This document shows positions 1 through 9,703 of a DNA stretch of 64,000 bases, piece after piece. The stretch's first letter is position 1. Each line of letters starts with the position of its first letter. The notes under the pieces are model-generated. The model made no database searches. It was not told the DNA's origin and saw only the letters and a list, made by a program, of their open reading frames with translations. This DNA comes from an uncultured Peptococcaceae bacterium. Its GTDB lineage: Bacteria; Bacillota; Limnochordia; Darwinibacteriales; Darwinibacteriaceae. The stretch lies in contig CALKAR010000208.1 in the NCBI GenBank assembly GCA_937988745.1, positions 13,108 through 77,107 on the forward strand, written 5' to 3'. A program made the position numbers and the translations under genes.

Positions 1-381
1 TGCACAGACACCATAGAATTCCAACCTGTGTTCCCGCACATGTCCTTGAACTTCTTCCTCGACGTTTTCGTTGAGTTCCCGCATGCACGGAATGTCTAGA
101 TCCTCGATCTTTCCACATTCATCACAGACAAAATGATAGTGGTTATGCGCTTTGGCGTCATAGCGGGTGTGGCCACTTCCATAGGAGAGTTCCTGTACCT
201 CACCCATCTCCACTAACGTCTTCAGGTTGCGGTAGATAGTACCCAAGCTAACGTTAGGCATCTCCTTCCGCACCTCCTGGTAGATCCAATCAGCGGTCGG
301 ATGGGTATCAGTGTTCCTGAGAACCCGCAGGATGGCCCCCCGCTGCTTGGTCTTCCGCACAAATCCCCTGGGTTTCGTCAC
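1..381 (-). CDS. Fur-family metalloregulator, PerR-like. Partial: the C-terminus is cut by the window edge.
   Basis: The reverse-strand translation from GTG at 381 (RBS GGAGG upstream) reads ...HPTADWIYQEVRKEMPNVSLGTIYRNLKTL...HNHYHFVCDECGKIEDL...HRLEFYGVC. It has a winged-helix region, an HxH motif and CxxC motifs typical of Fur/PerR. It is absent from the ORF track because it runs off the window. Confidence 0.85.
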   Translation of the reverse strand, partial: MTKPRGFVRKTKQRGAILRVLRNTDTHPTADWIYQEVRKEMPNVSLGTIYRNLKTLVEMGEVQELSYGSGHTRYDAKAHNHYHFVCDECGKIEDLDIPCMRELNENVEEEVQGHVREHRLEFYGVCA

Positions 382-414
382 GATAATTACCTCCAAGATT
401 GCAATACTTAATGT

Positions 415-426
415 TAAGAATTCTTA
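415..426. promoter_or_regulatory. Perfect 12-bp palindrome TAAGAATTCTTA just downstream of a candidate -10 for the Fur-family gene; possible auto-operator.
   Basis: On the minus strand I read TTGAGA-17 nt-TAAAAT and then GATAATAAGAATTCTTAAC. The palindrome is AT-rich like Fur/PerR boxes but matches no consensus exactly. Confidence 0.3.
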
Positions 427-470
427 TTATCATTTTACCATGAGCTCCGGGTTTTCTCAAGAAAAACCTA

Positions 471-499
471 TTGCAAAAGTCCCAGCTTCGTGGTAATAT
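471..499 (+). promoter_or_regulatory. Candidate sigma-A promoter for tRNA-Leu.
   Basis: TTGCAA (471-476), a 17-nt spacer, then TAATAT (494-499), about 20 nt upstream of the tRNA 5' end. Confidence 0.45.
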
Positions 500-519
500 A
501 AGACATGTCAAACGGACGT

Positions 520-605
520 GCCGAAGTGGTGGAATTGGCAGACACGCACGACTCAAAATCGTGTGAGCTGAGCTCATGAGGGTTCGACTCCCTCCTTCGG
601 CACCA
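520..605 (+). tRNA. tRNA-Leu (anticodon CAA), class II with a long variable arm and encoded CCA.
   Basis: Hand fold: acceptor GCCGAAG/CTTCGGC, anticodon stem CACGA/TCGTG with loop CTCAAAA, variable-arm stem GAGC/GCTC, T arm GAGGG-TTCGACT-CCCTC, then A-CCA. Confidence 0.93.
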
Positions 606-649
606 TTTTAGTTTCAGCCCAGAATGAATGGCGGCTGTTTTTTTTGTGC

Positions 650-1636
650 CTAATTTTCGGCTAAAATGCGCCAGAGCTCATCTTGAACAAAGAGCGGGAT
701 TTCCTCTACACGTCCATCTTTACGTACAACACGGCGTGCTTTATCCTCTGTCAATCTGCCAATTATAAAGGCGGGTATCTCCAGGCCCGCCAGCTCTTCC
801 ACGAGTTCACTACCTCGGTCGGTAGCAATCAGCATCGCCCCTGAGGACAGGAGCTTCAGTGGATCAATGGCTAACTTCTCCGCATATGCTTTTGTCAAAT
901 CTGGCACGAACACTCTCTCTTCCCAGATTTCGCATCCCAACGAAGACGCATTGGTCAGCTCTGCAGCGGCTCCTAAGATGCCACCCTCAGTTACATCATG
1001 CATGGCATGCACTCCAAAGCGGGCCGCATGCACACCTTCTCTCACTACAGATAAGCGGTTACGGAACCAATCAAGTACTGCTGGTGTCACCATTGACTTT
1101 GGCAGTAGGTCAGGGAAATCCTGTGCTAAAATCAGTGTCCCTTCTATGCCAGCCCCCTTGGTGAGAACCAGATCATCGCCGGGACGGCCGCCGCTTGAAG
1201 TAACAAAACTGCCTTTGGGAGCCCTTCCGATGGCAGTAACTGCCACAACGCATTCGGTAACACGGCTGGTAATCTCTGTATGGCCGCCGATTACTTCAAC
1301 CCCCAAACCAGCAGCGGTGGTTTGAATATCAATCATAATCTCTTGAATCTGGGCTTCTGTAATATCCTCTGGCAGAAGCAGCACCACTTGAATCCCCACA
1401 GGGCTGCCGCCGCAGGCAGCCACATCATTGCAGGAGACATGGACAGCCAGCTCACCAATGCCGGCCACCGCGCCGGTAATCGGATCGCTAGATATTATAC
1501 AGACTTCGTCCCCGAAGTCGATTACAGCACAGTCCTCACCTAAACCAGCGTGGACCAGGACATCGTCCCGTTCCACGCTGATATGGGAAAGCACTAATTC
1601 CTGAAGCAGTTCAGGCGGAAGTTTGCCAACTCGCAT
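650..1636 (-). CDS. AIR synthase-related (PurM/ThiL/HypE-fold) protein.
   Basis: 328 aa. The N-terminal GEDCAVIDF...DPITG and the later GGHTE motifs are typical of the PurM-like ATP-binding superfamily. Its start overlaps the pyk stop by 1 nt. Confidence 0.7.
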   Translation of the reverse strand: MRVGKLPPELLQELVLSHISVERDDVLVHAGLGEDCAVIDFGDEVCIISSDPITGAVAGIGELAVHVSCNDVAACGGSPVGIQVVLLLPEDITEAQIQEIMIDIQTTAAGLGVEVIGGHTEITSRVTECVVAVTAIGRAPKGSFVTSSGGRPGDDLVLTKGAGIEGTLILAQDFPDLLPKSMVTPAVLDWFRNRLSVVREGVHAARFGVHAMHDVTEGGILGAAAELTNASSLGCEIWEERVFVPDLTKAYAEKLAIDPLKLLSSGAMLIATDRGSELVEELAGLEIPAFIIGRLTEDKARRVVRKDGRVEEIPLFVQDELWRILAEN

Positions 1637-3054
1637 TACTGCACCTCGTGAATCTGAATCAGATTGGTGCTGCCTGCCTTACCCACGCTGACTCCTGCCA
1701 CAATAGTAGTGATATCGCCAGCAGAAACCAGGCCGCGCGCCTTGGCCTCTGTAACTGCCTGTTCTAGCATTTCTTCAATTGTTTCTGCTTCTCCAACCTT
1801 CAGAGCATAGACACCCCAGCTGAGAGTAAGCTGTCGAACCACATCAGGATCTGGACTGAGCGCCAGAATTGTGGCCTTCGGCCGAAAGCGTGAAATCTGA
1901 CGAGCCGTTGTACCGCTCCGAGTCGAACACAGAATAACATTCACATTTAAGTCAAGTGTCGTCTGACAAGCGGCGGCGCAGATCGCTTCTGCTACCTTAT
2001 TGCGAGTTATGGACAGCTTTTCAGAAAGCAGCGCCTGGTAATCGATGGCCATTTCCATCCGGCGGGCGATCTTGTCCATAACTTGAACAGCTTTGACAGG
2101 ATACTTACCCACTGCTGTCTCCCCTGAGAGCATGACACAGTCGGTTCCCTCGAAAATTGCATTGGAAACGTCGGTGACTTCCGCTCTAGTAGGCCGAGCA
2201 TTACGAATCATCGAGTCGAGCATCTGGGTAGCAGTAATGACCGGTTTGCCTGCCTCATTACACTTGCGGATCAGCATCTTTTGTGCCAAGGGTACTTCTT
2301 CTGGTGGAATCTCTACACCCAAGTCACCTCGAGCCACCATAATGCCGTCCGACGCCTGAATGATCTCGTCAATGTTGCGAAGACCCGCTTCGCTTTCGAT
2401 TTTGGAAATGATGAGCTGGTTTCCACCAGCCTCTTCAATGATCTTACGGATGGCGTGCACATGTTCTCCCCGCCGCACAAACGAGGCCGCGATGAAGTCA
2501 ACACCATGTTCTACGCCGAACTTGATATCTTCGACATCATCTTCAGTAAAAGGGGGAAGATCCACATCTACCCCAGGCAAACTTACTCCCTTGCGGGACG
2601 TAAGCGGTCCACCTACTACAACTTCACAAATAACCTCAGTGTCTTTAACGTCCCGAACTACAAATTCAATTAAGCCATCATCGATGTAGATGACAGAACC
2701 AGGTTTGACATCGTTCGGCAGACCGTGGTAATCCACATAACTCCGCTCGGCGTTGCCTAAACACTCTTCTGTCGTAAGAATGTACTGCTGACCCCGCTCC
2801 AGCATTACGCCAGCAGGATCTTCCATACGGCCGAGCCTGATCTTTGGTCCTTGAATATCGAGCAGAATCCCTACGTTTTTGCCCAACTCGTCGGCAGCTG
2901 CCCTCAGCGTCTTGATGCGCGCCAGGTGTTCCTCATATGTACCATGTGAGAAGTTAAGGCGCGCTACATCCATCCCCGCTTCTAAGAGGCTTTTTACTAC
3001 CTCCGGGCTCTCGCTTGCCGGACCTATGGTACAGACAATCTTGGTTCTACGCAC
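1636..3054 (-). CDS. pyk: Pyruvate kinase.
   Basis: RRTKIVCTIGPAS, NFSHG, MVARGDLGVEIP and the rest of the PK fold are present. I moved the start to GTG at 3054, preceded by GGGAGGG. The longer track ORF would overlap pfkA. Confidence 0.95.
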   Translation of the reverse strand: MRRTKIVCTIGPASESPEVVKSLLEAGMDVARLNFSHGTYEEHLARIKTLRAAADELGKNVGILLDIQGPKIRLGRMEDPAGVMLERGQQYILTTEECLGNAERSYVDYHGLPNDVKPGSVIYIDDGLIEFVVRDVKDTEVICEVVVGGPLTSRKGVSLPGVDVDLPPFTEDDVEDIKFGVEHGVDFIAASFVRRGEHVHAIRKIIEEAGGNQLIISKIESEAGLRNIDEIIQASDGIMVARGDLGVEIPPEEVPLAQKMLIRKCNEAGKPVITATQMLDSMIRNARPTRAEVTDVSNAIFEGTDCVMLSGETAVGKYPVKAVQVMDKIARRMEMAIDYQALLSEKLSITRNKVAEAICAAACQTTLDLNVNVILCSTRSGTTARQISRFRPKATILALSPDPDVVRQLTLSWGVYALKVGEAETIEEMLEQAVTEAKARGLVSAGDITTIVAGVSVGKAGSTNLIQIHEVQ

Positions 3055-3070
3055 TAAACTCCCTCCCGCG

Positions 3071-4066
3071 TTAGATGGATGATAGGATATTGGACAGATG
3101 ATAGTAATCAAGGTTGACCTGCTTCTCTTGGGCAAGCGCAAACTCTAGATCCCAAGACTTCACCACATGATCAACTTCGCCTACCATCCGGCCGCTGCGT
3201 CCCTGGTAAACCAGTTCCACAGCATGATAAGCCAACCTACTGGCCAGGAGGCGGTCGCGCATCGTTGGAGCACCACCGCGCTGAATATGCCCAAGAATGG
3301 TGATACGTGTATCATATCCAGTGTGCTCTTGGATGTAGCGTCCGATTGCCATAGAGGGGCTGCCGCCAAAATCCTCCAAGCCTCCGTGGCTTGCACCTTC
3401 CGCAACGATAATAATGTTATAAGTCTTACCCTGCTGATTAGCATGCTTAATGTGCTCGCAGACCTTCTCGACGTCATACGGTACTTCAGGGATAATGATT
3501 ACATCGGCACCGCCCGCAAGGCCTGAATACAGGGCAATGTAGCCTGAGTTCCGCCCCATTACCTCGACAACGTATACGCGCTCGTGGGAACTTGCAGTAT
3601 CCCGAATCTTATTAACTGCGTCCATCACTGTGTTGACTGCAGTATCAAAACCGATACAGTAGTCGGTGCAGGCGATATCATTGTCGATGGTGGCCGGAAT
3701 GCCGATCACTCGGATACCGAGCTTGTCCAGTGCCAGCGCACCTGTAAGAGAACCATCACCACCGATGACAATCAGCGACTCAATGTCATGCTTCTTCAGC
3801 ATCTCAACAGCTTTCTGCCGTCCTTCTGGAGTTTTAAACTCATCGGAACGGGCGCTTTTTAGCACGGTACCGCCCCGCTGGATAATTCCAGATACTGATC
3901 TGCTGGTCAGCGGTTCGATCTCACCGCGGATTAAACCATGATATCCACGGTAAATGGCCATGGGCTCCATGTTGTAATGAATGGCCGCCCGGACCACGGT
4001 GCGGATGGCCGCGTTCATACCCGGCGCATCCCCGCCGCTTGTTAAAACACCAACCCGTCTACTCAT
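3071..4066 (-). CDS. pfkA: ATP-dependent 6-phosphofructokinase.
   Basis: RVGVLTSGGDAPGMNAAIR, IGGDGS and PATIDND motifs. The start is trimmed to ATG at 4066 (MSRRVGVL), which overlaps the accA stop. Confidence 0.95.
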   Translation of the reverse strand: MSRRVGVLTSGGDAPGMNAAIRTVVRAAIHYNMEPMAIYRGYHGLIRGEIEPLTSRSVSGIIQRGGTVLKSARSDEFKTPEGRQKAVEMLKKHDIESLIVIGGDGSLTGALALDKLGIRVIGIPATIDNDIACTDYCIGFDTAVNTVMDAVNKIRDTASSHERVYVVEVMGRNSGYIALYSGLAGGADVIIIPEVPYDVEKVCEHIKHANQQGKTYNIIIVAEGASHGGLEDFGGSPSMAIGRYIQEHTGYDTRITILGHIQRGGAPTMRDRLLASRLAYHAVELVYQGRSGRMVGEVDHVVKSWDLEFALAQEKQVNLDYYHLSNILSSI

Positions 4067-5033
4067 GCTTGGGCATCCTTTCTGTCGTAAATTTTCCGAT
4101 GGCCCTAAATCGAGCCAGACGCCGTTCAACCAATTCATCTGCGGGAATCTTAGAAATCTCTGCTAAGTAACGGCGTATAAAAGCCCGCATCTGCTGTCCC
4201 ATTGTGGCATGGTCCCGATGGGCGCCGCCAATGGGTTCAGTAATAACATCATCAATTATACCAAATTTAAGAAGATCCGCCGGAGTAAGCCGCAGAAGTT
4301 CCGCTGCTTCGGCCGCGCGGGATGAATCACGCCATAAAATCGTTGCACACATCTCAGGGGAAATCACCGAGTACCAAGCATGTTCGAGCATCAAAATGCG
4401 ATCACCCACACCGATCGCGAGGGCTCCGCCACTGCCGCCTTCCCCTGTGATTATACATAGGATGGGCGTCTTGAGAAAGGACATCTCTTCGATGCATTCG
4501 GCGATTACCAACCCTTGGCCCCGCTCTTCAGCCTCAATTCCTGGATAAGCCCCCACAACATCAATAAGTGTAATAATCGGACGATTAAACTTTTCGGCCT
4601 GTTTCATCAAGCGCAGTGCTTTGCGGTAACCTTCCGGATGAGGCAGGCCAAAATTCCGCGCTAAATTTTCCTTGGTATCGCGGCCTTTCTGGGAACCAAT
4701 CACAGTCACTGGCTGGCCTTCGAAAAGGCCAATTCCACCAACAATTGCCTTGTCATCGCGATAAGTGCGATCACCATGTAGCTCGTCAAATTCCTCGAAC
4801 AGCATCTCAATATAATCCAGCGCCGTGGGGCGCTTAGGATGTCGAGCCATCATCACCCTCTGAAAAGGAGTGAGATTCTCGTAAATTTCTCTGCGCAGGC
4901 GTTCCGCCTTGTTTTCCAGTTCTGAAAGCTCCTTATTAAAATCGATACCCTGGCTCGCTACAAACTTCCGCAGGTCGGCAATGCGCTCCTCAAGCTCTAC
5001 TAAGGGCTTTTCCCAATCGTACACCTGAATCAC
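4059..5033 (-). CDS. accA: Acetyl-CoA carboxylase carboxyltransferase, alpha subunit.
   Basis: 324 aa with the typical AccA sequence (RPTALDYI..., GEGGSGGALAIGVGD). GTGA start/stop overlap with accD. Confidence 0.95.
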   Translation of the reverse strand: MIQVYDWEKPLVELEERIADLRKFVASQGIDFNKELSELENKAERLRREIYENLTPFQRVMMARHPKRPTALDYIEMLFEEFDELHGDRTYRDDKAIVGGIGLFEGQPVTVIGSQKGRDTKENLARNFGLPHPEGYRKALRLMKQAEKFNRPIITLIDVVGAYPGIEAEERGQGLVIAECIEEMSFLKTPILCIITGEGGSGGALAIGVGDRILMLEHAWYSVISPEMCATILWRDSSRAAEAAELLRLTPADLLKFGIIDDVITEPIGGAHRDHATMGQQMRAFIRRYLAEISKIPADELVERRLARFRAIGKFTTERMPKHE

Positions 5034-5887
5034 TTACCCTCACCCCGCACGTGGTAGCGCAGCAAGCGGCTGAGGGTACTGCGCATCTCGTCCCTCGCCA
5101 CGATCATATCAATCATGCCGTGTTCTAGGGCAAATTCAGAAGTTTGAAAGCCTTCTGGAAGTTTCTGTTTTGTGGTTTCCTCAACTATACGAGGCCCAGC
5201 AAAACCGATCAATGCGCCCGGCTCCGCCATGATGATATCACCCAGGGAGGCGAAGCTTGCGTATATCCCACCCATAGTAGGATGGGTCAGAACTGAAATA
5301 TACAGAAGACCTGCACGGCTGTGCCGACCGACTGCCTGGGCGGTCTTAGCCATCTGCATTAAGCTGAAAATGCCTTCATGCATGCGGGCACCTCCACCAC
5401 CACCCGAAAAGATAATCACAGGCAGCCGCTCTTCTAGGGCTTTTTCAAAACCCCTGGTCAACTGCTCGCCGACTACAGAACCCATGCTCCCGCCGATAAA
5501 TGAAAAATCTATGATGGCGAGTACCACAGGACAGCCGTCGATCTCAGCGTAACCAATTAAGACAGCATCATCGAGCCCTGTGAGCTCCTGCGCCTTGGTG
5601 ATCTTTTGTTCGTATCCAGGGAACCCTAAGGGGTCAGCCGAATACAGCGGTGGAAACGCTGCAAAACTTCCTTCATCAACAACCATGTTCAGCCTCTGAT
5701 GGGCAGTTAATCGAAAGTGATGTCCGCAAGCGCAGACATGCATCGCTTTTTCGAGTTCTTTGTTGTAGAGCATTTGGCCGCATTTATCGCAGCGGGTCCA
5801 GAGATTATCAGGAAACTCCCTGCGCTGTTCTCCCACATCCTGCTGGACTCTCGCATATTTCGGCCTGCTCCGGAAAACATTCAACAT
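5030..5887 (-). CDS. accD: Acetyl-CoA carboxylase carboxyltransferase, beta subunit.
   Basis: N-terminal Zn ribbon CDKCG...CACGHH, followed by the carboxyltransferase domain (GGSMG, GGARMHEG). Confidence 0.95.
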   Translation of the reverse strand: MLNVFRSRPKYARVQQDVGEQRREFPDNLWTRCDKCGQMLYNKELEKAMHVCACGHHFRLTAHQRLNMVVDEGSFAAFPPLYSADPLGFPGYEQKITKAQELTGLDDAVLIGYAEIDGCPVVLAIIDFSFIGGSMGSVVGEQLTRGFEKALEERLPVIIFSGGGGGARMHEGIFSLMQMAKTAQAVGRHSRAGLLYISVLTHPTMGGIYASFASLGDIIMAEPGALIGFAGPRIVEETTKQKLPEGFQTSEFALEHGMIDMIVARDEMRSTLSRLLRYHVRGEGK

Positions 5888-5899
5888 TGTGAACCACCT

Positions 5900-6100
5900 T
5901 TATGAGCCAAAGGAAGATGCAATGATCTCATTGGCTTCCTCTGCCTCTGATTCAGAAACTAGTATCTCTACACTTCCCGAAGCGCCCGCATGGGGAACTC
6001 CGATCGGCCTCAGCATAGCAAGGATGCCTGCGTTTTCCAGCAGTTCTTTCAGCATCTCTGCAACCGGCCTGTTAGGAGCGATGTAGACAACCGTCCACAT
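5900..6100 (-). CDS. Small DUF2007-like protein (putative signal-transducing, PII-like fold).
   Basis: 66 aa with the pattern V..A.N...A.MLKELLENAGI.A......VEILV.ESEAEEA.EII, which resembles DUF2007. Tightly packed between mtrB and accD. Confidence 0.45.
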   Translation of the reverse strand: MWTVVYIAPNRPVAEMLKELLENAGILAMLRPIGVPHAGASGSVEILVSESEAEEANEIIASSFGS

Positions 6101-6124
6101 GGCGTCATGTCCTCCTTTATGTTC

Positions 6125-6343
6125 TTAACCCTCTGGGTCGATGGTTCCAACACTACTTAATACCTTGGCTTTCCCTCTTATTTTAATTGCCGAGGTGTGT
6201 TCTGTAAACTGGGCAATCATAATCTCGCCTTTATCTAACTTCTCAGAATGGTGGAACTTAGTATCTGAACCTCGTGTAAGACCGCTGATGGTAACCCCGT
6301 TTTCGAGGGCCTGAATAATCACAAAATCGGCCTTCATCTCCAT
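6125..6343 (-). CDS. mtrB: trp RNA-binding attenuation protein (TRAP).
   Basis: 72 aa: [54 protein letters not shown]. This is near-collinear with B. subtilis MtrB as I remember it. RBS AAGGAG lies upstream of the ATG. Confidence 0.85.
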   Translation of the reverse strand: MEMKADFVIIQALENGVTISGLTRGSDTKFHHSEKLDKGEIMIAQFTEHTSAIKIRGKAKVLSSVGTIDPEG

Positions 6344-6365
6344 ACTTCCATCTCCTTTTATTCTA

Positions 6366-9308
6366 TCAATCTCTCAGTTCAGCCTGCTGATGCCAGGGAT
6401 CAAAAACCTGTACAGCACGGCAGCATCGTTCGAGCTCAATAGTCAGAGTTCGATCGAGGTTTACCCAATACTTCCTAGGAAGGATGTGCAGGACCTCTCT
6501 TCCTAACCGGAGTACCACAGGTATATTACCACTGTGATGAACAAGAATCTGCTGAAGCTCTAGAAGAGCCTCATCGTTGGGAATAAGGATCAAGGTTGGC
6601 CCAAGCGGAAACATCCACTGGCCGTGGAGTACTTCATCCTTCCAGGAACCGAACACAGCTGTCAAATCACCTTTTTTCAACTGAAAATTCTTCCGCGGTA
6701 AGACGAAGTCCACTAATCCATCAGGATCATCTAATTCACCAATCACCAATCCATCTTTTTCTCGAAGTCTACTTACTTCCCCTGCCGCAAATGCTAGTCC
6801 GCCACTAATTTGGCGCAGAAATGTCATAAACCTTGTGGCAGGATGGTCTGAAATATAGGCGCCCAATAGCTCCCGTTCTGCTTTCAATTTAGCTAGTGGG
6901 CTCAAAAGATCCCGATTTCCAGGTACTGAATCTAAGGCGCCTGCGTGAGACAAGGCTGTTATTGTCTGGCTGGGCAGATTTACGCGCCGGCGAAAGTCCA
7001 TCAGATTTCGAAAGGGGACCATTCGGCGGGCATCAACAATAACCTGTGCCCCATGGGTTCCCACATGTTTAATCGCACTCAATCCCAAGCGAATCCCCTT
7101 ATCTTCAGCCACATGTCCTGCATCCGACAGCTGTACATCAGGCGGATAGATAGGGATCCCCAGGCGACGGCATTCGAGAATGTATGGCCGAAGACTCTCG
7201 CCAGAATGACCTTCCATGAGAGCAGTGAAAAACACCTGAGGGTAATGTGCTTTCAGATAAGCGGCCCGCCATGATAGGAGGGCATAACTGACGCTGTGTG
7301 CCTTGTTGAAGGCATATCCAGCAAACCTCTGAATGCTGGCAAATAAGCGCTGCGCCTCCTGGCTTGACAAGCCATTTTCGCGGCATCCCTGCAGAAATTC
7401 GGGAGCGAGCCGCTTGATTAGTTCACCATCCTTCTTGCTGATCGCGATACGCAGCAGATCTGCTTGGCTCATACTCAGCTTACCCAAACGATGACCAAGC
7501 TGAATCACCTGTTCTTGATAAATCGCAAGGCCATACGTCTCAGATAATATTTCCCGCATCACCGGGTGAGCGTACTTAATTGAGCCGGGATTTGCTCGAT
7601 TCTCTAAATATTTGGGGACCATGGATAAGGGTCCTGGTCTGCCAAGTGCCAGCAGAGAGGCCAGTTCTAAGAACGAGCGGGGCCGCATCTGCCGAAGCAG
7701 ATCCTGAAACAAGCTGCTTTCAAGCTGAAAGATCCCAACTGAACATCCTGACGAAAGCAGTTCAAGTGTCTTCTTATCGTCCAGCGGAATATTTTCGAGA
7801 TCAAACGTGGGGTCACTCTGCTTGACCTCTGATTCAGCTGACTTTAAAAAAGTTAGAGTTCTGAGCCCCAAAAAGTCGATTTTCAGAAGACCCTGCCATT
7901 CAAGGGCGTGCATATCCCCGTGCGTTACTGCCATCTCCCGCTCCGAGCGTACAGCCTGATAGTACACAATCGGTTCGGAGGAAATGACCACACCTGAAGC
8001 ATGGGTTGAAAAATGACGTTTTAGGCGGGCCATTTTCTTCGTGAGATGGCGAAGCTGAGCCTCACTCAACCGATTTCCTGCTGCTTGACGAAGCAAGCTC
8101 TCAGCGTTGCGTTCCCCAAAGGAGCCGTAAGTACCGATAAGCGCCACATGTTCTGGCCCATAGCGTTCCTGAACATACTTCAGCACCTCACCGCGCCGCT
8201 CATAGCAGAAATCCAAGTCTATATCAGGTAAATTATGCCTATCTTTATTCAGAAATCGCTCGAAGATCAAGCCGTATTTCACCGGATCAACATCTGTGAT
8301 TCCAAGGCAGTAGGCAACTGCACTGCTGGCAGCACTACCCCGTCCTGGACCAACGGGAATACCCTGCCTCTTGGCGAAACTTACGATGTCAGCCACAATG
8401 AGGAAGTAATCAGCAAGTCCCATTTCCTCAATAACGTTCATTTCATGCTCGATCCTACGCTGTACAGTCTCACTGAGCGTCCCATAGCGCTGCTGTGCTC
8501 CGCTCAGGACTGCCTTTCTCCAGTTCACCTCTTCGGGAAGCTTTGGCAGGGCAGTCTGCCGAGGCAGGCTGAAACTGCATTCTGCTGCAATTCGCTGCGC
8601 ATTTTCAAGGGAGAGGGGAAAATCAGCAAATTCACTGGCCAACGCATCTGCAGAGAGCATGGCCTTTGAGTGAACCTCTACCTGATCGAGGGATACATTC
8701 TCCCGAACTGCAGAAAGTGCACGATAGAGCAGTTTGTCATCATCAGTAAGATAATAGACGGCCTGACCAGCCGCGCAGCGCTCTTGACCAAACATCGACG
8801 CCAGCCGGTAGGCTGTTTCCTTCTGAGCCGGTGTATCCCACACAATCTGCACATACCAGTCAAGCTCAAAAACCTGGCTGTACCACTCGGCAAGTCTAAG
8901 GGCCTCTTCTTCCCGCCCGGCCTCAACTAGTTCTGATAAAGCACTGTGTGGACCGCCGGTCAGCATAATCAAGTCTTCAGCGCACTGGGAGAGAAGACTG
9001 CTGTCAACCGGCGCAGACGCCGAAGCCAACCTCTGTAGGTTGTGATATCCAGAGCGATTCTTAGCGAAAAGCACTATCCGATCTGAGGAAAGGCCCGAGT
9101 GACTCACATCCAGCTCAAGGCCATAGAGAGGCGTTAGGCCATGTACTTTACACGCGCGAGTTAGTTCCACATGACCAGCAGTTGTATTGTGATCTGTGAG
9201 GCCAATAGCCGTAAATCCGAGCTTGTGGGCGTGCTCAACCAATTCTGAAATTATAATGGGTGCTTCCAACAGCGAATAATCACTGTGACAGAAAAGCTGA
9301 ACAGCCAA
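6366..9308 (-). CDS. dnaE: DNA polymerase III alpha subunit (DnaE type).
   Basis: PHP motif ([12 protein letters not shown]), polymerase core ([29 protein letters not shown]) and a C-terminal OB-like region. The start is either TTG at 9308 (after GAAGGGGGTGAGG) or ATG at 9350. Confidence 0.9.
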   Translation of the reverse strand: MAVQLFCHSDYSLLEAPIIISELVEHAHKLGFTAIGLTDHNTTAGHVELTRACKVHGLTPLYGLELDVSHSGLSSDRIVLFAKNRSGYHNLQRLASASAPVDSSLLSQCAEDLIMLTGGPHSALSELVEAGREEEALRLAEWYSQVFELDWYVQIVWDTPAQKETAYRLASMFGQERCAAGQAVYYLTDDDKLLYRALSAVRENVSLDQVEVHSKAMLSADALASEFADFPLSLENAQRIAAECSFSLPRQTALPKLPEEVNWRKAVLSGAQQRYGTLSETVQRRIEHEMNVIEEMGLADYFLIVADIVSFAKRQGIPVGPGRGSAASSAVAYCLGITDVDPVKYGLIFERFLNKDRHNLPDIDLDFCYERRGEVLKYVQERYGPEHVALIGTYGSFGERNAESLLRQAAGNRLSEAQLRHLTKKMARLKRHFSTHASGVVISSEPIVYYQAVRSEREMAVTHGDMHALEWQGLLKIDFLGLRTLTFLKSAESEVKQSDPTFDLENIPLDDKKTLELLSSGCSVGIFQLESSLFQDLLRQMRPRSFLELASLLALGRPGPLSMVPKYLENRANPGSIKYAHPVMREILSETYGLAIYQEQVIQLGHRLGKLSMSQADLLRIAISKKDGELIKRLAPEFLQGCRENGLSSQEAQRLFASIQRFAGYAFNKAHSVSYALLSWRAAYLKAHYPQVFFTALMEGHSGESLRPYILECRRLGIPIYPPDVQLSDAGHVAEDKGIRLGLSAIKHVGTHGAQVIVDARRMVPFRNLMDFRRRVNLPSQTITALSHAGALDSVPGNRDLLSPLAKLKAERELLGAYISDHPATRFMTFLRQISGGLAFAAGEVSRLREKDGLVIGELDDPDGLVDFVLPRKNFQLKKGDLTAVFGSWKDEVLHGQWMFPLGPTLILIPNDEALLELQQILVHHSGNIPVVLRLGREVLHILPRKYWVNLDRTLTIELERCCRAVQVFDPWHQQAELRD

Positions 9309-9374
9309 GACCTCACCCCCTTCTAGACAATGTTCCCGTTTATCATGCATAGACTTGGCATGGGGGATAATGTA

Positions 9375-9701
9375 ATGCTTCTGCGGGTCTTTCGCGAAAT
9401 CCTGTTGGCCTTCGCTTCTAGTCTGGGAGTGCTTTTAGGCGGCTCTATCTTTGGCGGTGCAGCCGCCTTGTTTACCAAGGTACCACCTGCAGTACAGATG
9501 CGTGATTTAGCCCGGATTCTCCGGATGTGGGCAGTTGTGGTCGCAATCGGAGGGACTTTTCCGACTCTGCGGGTTATCGAAAGTGGGCTCTTCTCTGGCC
9601 AGGTGATGGCCCTCCTCCGACAGCTCGCGGTGATTACTGCGGCTTTATTGGGTTCAGCCTTAGGATACTGGCTGATCATGACCCTGACGGGCGGTGAATA
9701 G
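9375..9701 (+). CDS. ytrH: Sporulation membrane protein YtrH-like.
   Basis: The pattern GVLLGGS.FGG...PP...LA..L..WA.V.AIGGTF...E.G.F.G fits YtrH. It is divergent from dnaE, as in Bacillus. I chose ATG at 9375 (after GGGGGA). Confidence 0.65.
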   Translation: MLLRVFREILLAFASSLGVLLGGSIFGGAAALFTKVPPAVQMRDLARILRMWAVVVAIGGTFPTLRVIESGLFSGQVMALLRQLAVITAALLGSALGYWLIMTLTGGE

Positions 9702-9703
9702 GC

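Noticed and set aside
308-577. 89-aa minus-strand ORF (and the 311-496 plus ORF) in the Fur/tRNA-Leu intergenic region.
   Set aside because: They overlap the tRNA-Leu gene and the promoter region. Part of the region is explained by the real Fur-family CDS in another frame.
561-580. GAG..GAG..GAG triplets that could look like a TRAP-binding site.
   Set aside because: There are only three triplets and they lie inside the variable arm of tRNA-Leu. I saw no 9-11-triplet array anywhere in the window.
3055-3141. Long N-terminal extension of pyruvate kinase (501-aa version); similar extensions occur on pfkA, rnfD, rnfE and nth.
   Set aside because: The extensions overlap the upstream genes and lack an RBS. 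Internal starts with good Shine-Dalgarno sequences coincide with the conserved N-termini of the families.
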